In this document: one piece after another, positions 48,550-53,879 of the stretch
Numbering within the stretch: position 1 is the stretch's first letter
How the letters are laid out: each line of letters begins with the position of its first letter
Translations under genes and position numbers: made by a program
Origin: a bacterium
Lineage (GTDB): Bacteria > Hinthialibacterota > Hinthialibacteria > Hinthialibacterales > Hinthialibacteraceae
Assembly (NCBI GenBank): GCA_041946805.1
Contig: JBHGBC010000021.1
Location: 1 to 53,879 of the forward strand
DNA length: 53,879 nt
Reading direction: 5' to 3'
The notes under the pieces: model-generated
Databases searched by the model: none
The model's input: only the letters and a program-made list of their open reading frames with translations
What the model was told of the DNA's origin: nothing

Positions 48550-51500
48550 GTGAAGAATTCGAATTGGCAGAGCCTGACATTGATACATCAGCTGTTCCGG
48601 CGGCATCACGCCCGCCGGTTGCTGGAATTGGGGATTCGGCTCGTGGCGGGGGGATTGCTGGCGTTTCAACTTTTCTTTTGGATCAGCGGTTGGTTCTCGC
48701 TGGGGTATCGGGGCATCAATGGCTTGTTTGTTTTGTCCACCGGGATTTTTGTTTATTATCTGGGTTGCTTCCTGATCCACTGGTGGCGGGAGGGTCTGCG
48801 CCTCACACCCTATTTCCAACGCTGGGAACGGCAGCACCGCGAAGCCTCCAACCGGGCTTCCCTCTTGGTCTACGCCGAACGGGAGGCCGAGGAAATCCAG
48901 CGCCTGGGCTATTCGCGGGAGTTGATCCAGGCGGACGATCAATGGCTGGCCAGGTATATCCAATCCGTCCTGGCCCGGGACCGGACTGTTGTTTCTCACC
49001 GCCAGTTGCTTTTTCTCCTGGCGGTGACGATCTCCTTTCTGGTGTTTTTCATCCTACCCCAGTCACGATGGGCGGAGGACTGGGGTTGGATTTCCCAGAA
49101 TCTCTGGATTTACGCTCCCCCCGAGCAGGAGATCACGCTCCAGGTTCCCGAAGTTCTCATCATCGAGCGGGGGAAATCCTTGACTCTGGTTGCTCATTCT
49201 TCCGTGTGCCTGGACGGGCCTGCCGCCGTGCATGTGTGGAACGGCGCGGATTGGCAATCGTGCCCGGCCAAGCGCAAGGAGAAAGCGTTAACCTATGCGC
49301 TGCCCGCGGTCACCCGCGAAACCGGGTATTTCTTTTCGGTGGGAAACGCGCTTTCCAACAAAGGCCGGGTGACGCCCCTGGATCCGCCCACCCTCACGCG
49401 CGGCTCCAGCACCGTCACGCCGCCGGAATACACCGGCCTGCCAGGTGAAACCATCGAGACCCTGCGCCCGCTCTCAGTCCCCGAGGGCAGCCGGATCGTG
49501 ATCGAAGCCGAAGCCTCGTCCGAATTGAAATCCGCGGAAATGATTTTCAATGATCAAACCATCCCCACGCGGTGGAATGGGAAAAACCTGGCCGCCGGCT
49601 TTGAACCGGCCCGGACCGGAGAGTGGTACCTCCAGATGGAGGACGTCCACGGGCTCACGGCCGTCAGCCGGCGCTACCGGGTGAACCTGATTCCCGACGC
49701 CACGCCCACGGTCGAGATTGTGGAACCGAAACCGGTGACCGATGTACCGGATAATCTGGTCTTGCGGGTTAAACTCCATGCCCGGGACGACTACCGGGTG
49801 GACCGCATCCTCACACATATGCAACTCAACCGCGAGGAAACCACCATCCGGACGGTCCCCATCTGGACTTACAGCCCGCTGGAAGCCCAGAACGTGGGAT
49901 CGGCCACGGAACTTTACGTGACCTTCGATTGGAACATGACCGATTTGGGCCTGTTTCCGGGAGACGAAATGACCTATAGCGTCGAGGTGTTCGACAACGA
50001 CGCCTTGCACGGCTCCAAATCCGCCCGCTCCAAGCCGTATCTGCTTCGCTATCCCACGCTGATGGATATGCTCCACCGTCTGGACGAACTGGAACAAAGT
50101 CAGACGGAAAAGTTGAGCACGCTGGTGAAAGACCAAAAGCAAATCACCGGGGACGCGCAAAAGACGCTCGAAAAAATCGCCGAAAAAAGGAAAGATCTAT
50201 CGCCGGAACAACCCGGGAAGCCCTCGGACTGGCAGGAGAAGAAAGACCTGCAAGACATCAAGAAACGGCAGGAACAATTGACGGAAGAGGCCCGGAAAAT
50301 CGAGGAACAGCTCGGGGAATACCGGAAACAGGCTGAAGAAGCCATGGCCAAAGAGGAGGAGAAACAGCAGGGATTCACGCCCGAGACCTTGGAAAAAATT
50401 CAGAAAATCCAGGAACTGATGTCCGGACTGCTGGACAAGGACAGCCAATCGCTTCTGCAAAAAATCAGCGACACCATGGAGAAAATGTCCGAGCAGATTT
50501 CAGACCAGGAATTGAAAGACCTGGCGTTCAGTTTTCAGGATTACGATCAGCAACTCGAGCGGACCCTCAACATGTTGGAAAACGCCTTCCAGGCCCGCCA
50601 GCTGGAAGGGCTGAAGGAAATGGCCAACGAACTGGCCCGGCGGCAGGACCACCTGGAACGCGAAACCCAGAAATTGGCTGAGAAAAAAGAACAGCAGCAA
50701 AACGCTCCGGCGTCCCAAAGCGAACAGGAACGGCAAGCCCAACAGGATGATCTAAACTCCGCGGAAAAAGCGCTGGCCCAGCGCCAACGCCAGCTGGAGG
50801 AGGACGCGCAACAGTTTTTGGACAAAATGCAGGAGATGAAGGAGAAACTGCAGGAACAATCTCCCGAACTCGCCCAAAAACTCGAACAATTGCGCCAGGC
50901 GGCCTTGGATCAGGGATTGCCGGCCGAACTGTCCCAAGCCTCCCGGCAGTTGGAGCAACAAAACACCCAGCTCGCGCAGGCGCACCAAAAGAACGCCCAA
51001 AAGCAACTGCGAGCGCTTTCGGACCAGCTCCAACAAAGCATGGCCGGCATGCAGGGCATGGAATTGACGATGGATACTCAGGCCATCACCCGCCTGATGC
51101 GCCAGGGCTTGTTTCTCTCCAGCCAGATGGAGTCCCTCACCGAATCGCCCCTGGGGCAGAGCGAGGGCGTCCAGGCGCTGCGCCGGGCGCAGGCCTTCGA
51201 ACGCGAAGCCGGCCGGATCCTGGCGGCCTGGCGGGAGATGGCGCAAACCAATCCCTTCATGAACCGGGAAGTGGAGATTCTGCTGCGGCAGAGCGGAGAA
51301 CGCCTCCAGCGCGCCATCGCGGCGGGGAAGGGAACCCGGTGGGTCGGCCTGCATGAAACGAGGCAAGCCATGATCGCCCTCAACCGCGCCATTCATCAAA
51401 TGATGATGGATATGCAGAACATGATGCAGCAGATGGCCCAATCCCAGGCCCAGGGCATGCAACAGCAAATGCAGCAACTTATCTCGCAGCAGCAATCCGT

Positions 51501-51987
51501 CCAGCAGATGCTGCAGCAGCTTCGGCAAATGGGCCAGGAAGGGGAGGAGGCGCTGAAACAACTGCGGGAAATGGCGAAACAACAAGCCCAGATCCGCAAT
51601 GAAATCGAAAAGATGATGCAGCAGTACCGCCACGCCCAGCAATTGCGCAACCAGCTGGAGGGCATCTACCAGGAAATGAAGGAAGCCGAAAAACTCCTGC
51701 AGGAGGGCGTCAACGACCAGCGCATGGACGAAAAGCAACGGCGGATCATGACCCGCATGCTGGAAGCGGGAACCATGCAGGAGGAGGATGATTTGGGCGA
51801 GGACCGGCAGGAAGAAGTGGCCAAAACCGGTCTGGACGCCCAGTCTCCCGAAGGCCCCTTCCCGGTCTCGCTGCCGGAAAAAGTACGGCGCATGGTCGAA
51901 CGCCCGGCCGGGGAAGCGATTCCTTTTCAATACCAGGAAGCGATCAAGAATTATTACATCCGTTTATCCGAGGCGTTTGCGCGATAG
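48550..51987 (+). CDS. DUF4175-like membrane-anchored Ig-domain/coiled-coil protein
   Basis: 3 N-terminal TMs, PPEYTG, PEGS, IPDATPTVEI, ARDDYRV, LFPGD..Y.VEVFDND, long Q/E/M-rich coiled coil, terminal IPFQYQEAIKNYY. Confidence 0.75.
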   Translation: MKNSNWQSLTLIHQLFRRHHARRLLELGIRLVAGGLLAFQLFFWISGWFSLGYRGINGLFVLSTGIFVYYLGCFLIHWWREGLRLTPYFQRWERQHREASNRASLLVYAEREAEEIQRLGYSRELIQADDQWLARYIQSVLARDRTVVSHRQLLFLLAVTISFLVFFILPQSRWAEDWGWISQNLWIYAPPEQEITLQVPEVLIIERGKSLTLVAHSSVCLDGPAAVHVWNGADWQSCPAKRKEKALTYALPAVTRETGYFFSVGNALSNKGRVTPLDPPTLTRGSSTVTPPEYTGLPGETIETLRPLSVPEGSRIVIEAEASSELKSAEMIFNDQTIPTRWNGKNLAAGFEPARTGEWYLQMEDVHGLTAVSRRYRVNLIPDATPTVEIVEPKPVTDVPDNLVLRVKLHARDDYRVDRILTHMQLNREETTIRTVPIWTYSPLEAQNVGSATELYVTFDWNMTDLGLFPGDEMTYSVEVFDNDALHGSKSARSKPYLLRYPTLMDMLHRLDELEQSQTEKLSTLVKDQKQITGDAQKTLEKIAEKRKDLSPEQPGKPSDWQEKKDLQDIKKRQEQLTEEARKIEEQLGEYRKQAEEAMAKEEEKQQGFTPETLEKIQKIQELMSGLLDKDSQSLLQKISDTMEKMSEQISDQELKDLAFSFQDYDQQLERTLNMLENAFQARQLEGLKEMANELARRQDHLERETQKLAEKKEQQQNAPASQSEQERQAQQDDLNSAEKALAQRQRQLEEDAQQFLDKMQEMKEKLQEQSPELAQKLEQLRQAALDQGLPAELSQASRQLEQQNTQLAQAHQKNAQKQLRALSDQLQQSMAGMQGMELTMDTQAITRLMRQGLFLSSQMESLTESPLGQSEGVQALRRAQAFEREAGRILAAWREMAQTNPFMNREVEILLRQSGERLQRAIAAGKGTRWVGLHETRQAMIALNRAIHQMMMDMQNMMQQMAQSQAQGMQQQMQQLISQQQSVQQMLQQLRQMGQEGEEALKQLREMAKQQAQIRNEIEKMMQQYRHAQQLRNQLEGIYQEMKEAEKLLQEGVNDQRMDEKQRRIMTRMLEAGTMQEEDDLGEDRQEEVAKTGLDAQSPEGPFPVSLPEKVRRMVERPAGEAIPFQYQEAIKNYYIRLSEAFAR

Positions 51988-52038
51988 CAACAATATGCCT
52001 GTTTGAAAGCAATTATCTATTTCGCTCAAACAAGATTT

Positions 52039-52072
52039 CCCTCACCCTGGCCCTTTCCCAGAGGGAGAGGGG
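52039..52072. repeat. REP-like CCCTC family copy
   Basis: ccctcaccctggccctttcccagagggagagggg between convergent genes. Confidence 0.8.
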
Positions 52073-52164
52073 AGCGCTTCGCGTTCCCATTCATTCTCCT
52101 ACCGCGAATAAAGCAGGGATACATTTGCATTCGGGTAAATAAATACAAATCTTGCCTCCAACGC

Positions 52165-53706
52165 TTATTCATAATGCTTGATTTCCGGCCAAATTTCACG
52201 CAGGGAGACTTTGGGCTTGCGGCACACGAAAACGGGTAGGTTGTTCTCGTAGGGCATGACATAGGGATGTGTGAAGCGGGCGGCTTCCTGGATGTCCTCA
52301 AACAGGGCTTCCAGATTTTTTTGATTGACGCCATACGCGAGGACGACATCCCCCCGCTTCTCGCCCGGGCCCCAGAGGAAGTAACTATTGTGCGCCGTGA
52401 TCGCGCGCGGCAAGCCATACGGCTTCCCCAAGAGGTTGATAGCGCCCGCTTGTCCGTACATTCCCGCATAAATCACGCATTCCGCTTTGTCTTCCGGCGG
52501 GAGCGCGTTATAAATCCGGGCGATGGTTTCCACCATTTCCGGCCAGCCTTGCCGGTCCGCGAAAAACTGCGGCAGCTTGCCGATTTCTTTTCTCTCGCCG
52601 GTTGAAGGTTGGATTCCCAGCCACGCCGCGTAACGGATATAGGTTTCCGTAGGCAAAATGGGTATCACGAATGGCGCCATGAGCCCTATCGCGATCATGA
52701 CATACAATAAAATAGCCACGCCGGCGGCCCGCCGCGCCGGCGTCCAGGTACCGCGGGCGATCCATTGTTCCACCGCCGCCGCGCCGGGAATCAAGATCAG
52801 GCTCAGGGCCGGGGCCGCGTAGTAGGTCTTGCCTTTTTGCGCGATCATCAACGCCAGCACCGCAATGTAAATCCAAGCCAATATCCTGTAGGGCTTGCCC
52901 TTTCGCGCGCCGAAACACCATACCAGTCCAGCCAGGGTCAGGGGGATGAGCAAGTGATTCATTTCCAGGAAATGGCCCATGAGGAATTCAAGGGGACTAA
53001 GCGGCAGGTTTTTGTAGGTGCTGGCGTTGTGGATGAATTCCAGCGTGGGCCAGCCGTAGGCTATTTGCCAAAGGATGTGGGGCAGGAAGATCAAAAAAGC
53101 GATGACCGCCGCGGTCCAGATCCAGCGTTCACGCAGCCATCGGCGGTTAGGGGTCAGCAGGATGCCCATGGCCAGGCCCATCCCGAAAAACAAGACCGAA
53201 ATCTTGTTCATCAAGCCGATCCCCATCAACAAGCCGAAAAGCAGCCAGTGGAGCGGGCGGCCGTGATGTATGATCAAAACAATCAGATAAGCGCCCAACA
53301 GCCAGATCAATTGGTCGAAGGCGTTCATGGAATAAATGCCGTGAACTCCTGTGAACACCGGTACGGCGAACACCGCCAGCGCCGCCAGGACTTGCGCGAA
53401 CCGCCCGCCGCCCAGCTCCCGCGCCAGCCGTCCGGCGAAGAAGACCATTGCCGCCCCGGCCAAAACGGCGGGAACCCGCAATGCGAATACGCTGTCGCCC
53501 AGCAGAAACCGGGTGGCCGCCGCGATCACCGCCACCAGCGGGGGATGATCGACATAGCCCCAGTCCAGGCGTTCCCCGCACGCAATGTAATAAAACTCGT
53601 CGATGAAATAGCCATCGCGCAGGTTTACCCCGAAATGCAGCAACACTTTGACCAGAGCCAAAAGCAGAAGGGGAACATCGTCTTTGTGAAGATGAGGACA
53701 GCGCAT
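52165..53706 (-). CDS. Glycosyltransferase family 39 / ArnT-like (GT-C) membrane protein
   Basis: DEFYY..LDWGYVDHPP, LMNK, PHILWQ..GWP, KTYY, YGQAGAI, HNSYFLWGP. Confidence 0.88.
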   Translation of the reverse strand: MRCPHLHKDDVPLLLLALVKVLLHFGVNLRDGYFIDEFYYIACGERLDWGYVDHPPLVAVIAAATRFLLGDSVFALRVPAVLAGAAMVFFAGRLARELGGGRFAQVLAALAVFAVPVFTGVHGIYSMNAFDQLIWLLGAYLIVLIIHHGRPLHWLLFGLLMGIGLMNKISVLFFGMGLAMGILLTPNRRWLRERWIWTAAVIAFLIFLPHILWQIAYGWPTLEFIHNASTYKNLPLSPLEFLMGHFLEMNHLLIPLTLAGLVWCFGARKGKPYRILAWIYIAVLALMIAQKGKTYYAAPALSLILIPGAAAVEQWIARGTWTPARRAAGVAILLYVMIAIGLMAPFVIPILPTETYIRYAAWLGIQPSTGERKEIGKLPQFFADRQGWPEMVETIARIYNALPPEDKAECVIYAGMYGQAGAINLLGKPYGLPRAITAHNSYFLWGPGEKRGDVVLAYGVNQKNLEALFEDIQEAARFTHPYVMPYENNLPVFVCRKPKVSLREIWPEIKHYE

Positions 53707-53773
53707 GATGGTTTTCCTTTGATGCAACCGGCTACCTGAATCCCCGCCATTGCGGGTAAGACTTGTTATTTAC

Positions 53774-53879
53774 GGTTCATCCGGCCAGTGCGTACTTTTC
53801 ATCAAATGGCCCACTCGCGGCTCGTTGAAGGGACCGATGAAAACCACCCCCAAAATCCCCTCTCCCTCTGGGAGAGGGC
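53774..53879. mobile_element. MITE-like family A copy truncated by the window end
   Basis: GGTTCATCCGGCCAGTGCGTACTTTT...AAACCACCCCCAAAATCCCCTCTCCCTCTGGGAGAGGG aligns with 43874-43977. Confidence 0.7.

Noticed and set aside
48501..49448. 315-aa ORF overlapping the yhaM stop
   Set aside because: Alternative frame of the DUF4175-like gene with Pro/Gly/Arg-rich composition typical of non-coding frames.

Overview
GC-rich bacterial chromosomal window with about 41 credible genes; I found no rRNA, tRNA, CRISPR array or transposase. It contains: a secreted YVTN beta-propeller/phosphoesterase; a minus-strand housekeeping run (aroF, cysteine desulfurase, rsmD, coaD, rpmF, plsX, fabH, fabD, fabG, acpP, fabF); several large secreted proteins (LTD-CotH-beta-helix, a tandem-repeat beta-sandwich protein, a 2xLamG protein), all three ending in a similar short aromatic C-terminal peptide; dusB, dsbD and two alpha/beta hydrolases; an APC permease-VOC-MttB-family cluster; glycerate kinase, a LysM-M23 protein and ychF; an operon of ECF sigma, zinc anti-sigma, GspG-like pilin, GspF/PilC, a 6-TM protein with an INTERNAL prepilin cleavage site, a minor pilin and a PilX/GspK-like protein, with no ATPase or secretin and with an ECF-type promoter upstream; an AT-rich cassette next to a second ECF sigma; heparinase II/III, YhaM, a DUF4175-like protein and a GT39. 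Intergenic DNA is densely populated by REP-like palindromes, which are assembled into two MITE-like families with distinct terminal inverted repeats. Best candidates for undescribed biology are the ECF-controlled pilin module with its polytopic-membrane/pilin fusion, and the putative C-terminal sorting peptide. The gene style is reminiscent of Sumerlaeota/Hinthialibacterota-like candidate phyla (low-confidence inference). All product calls come from motif recognition, not database searches.
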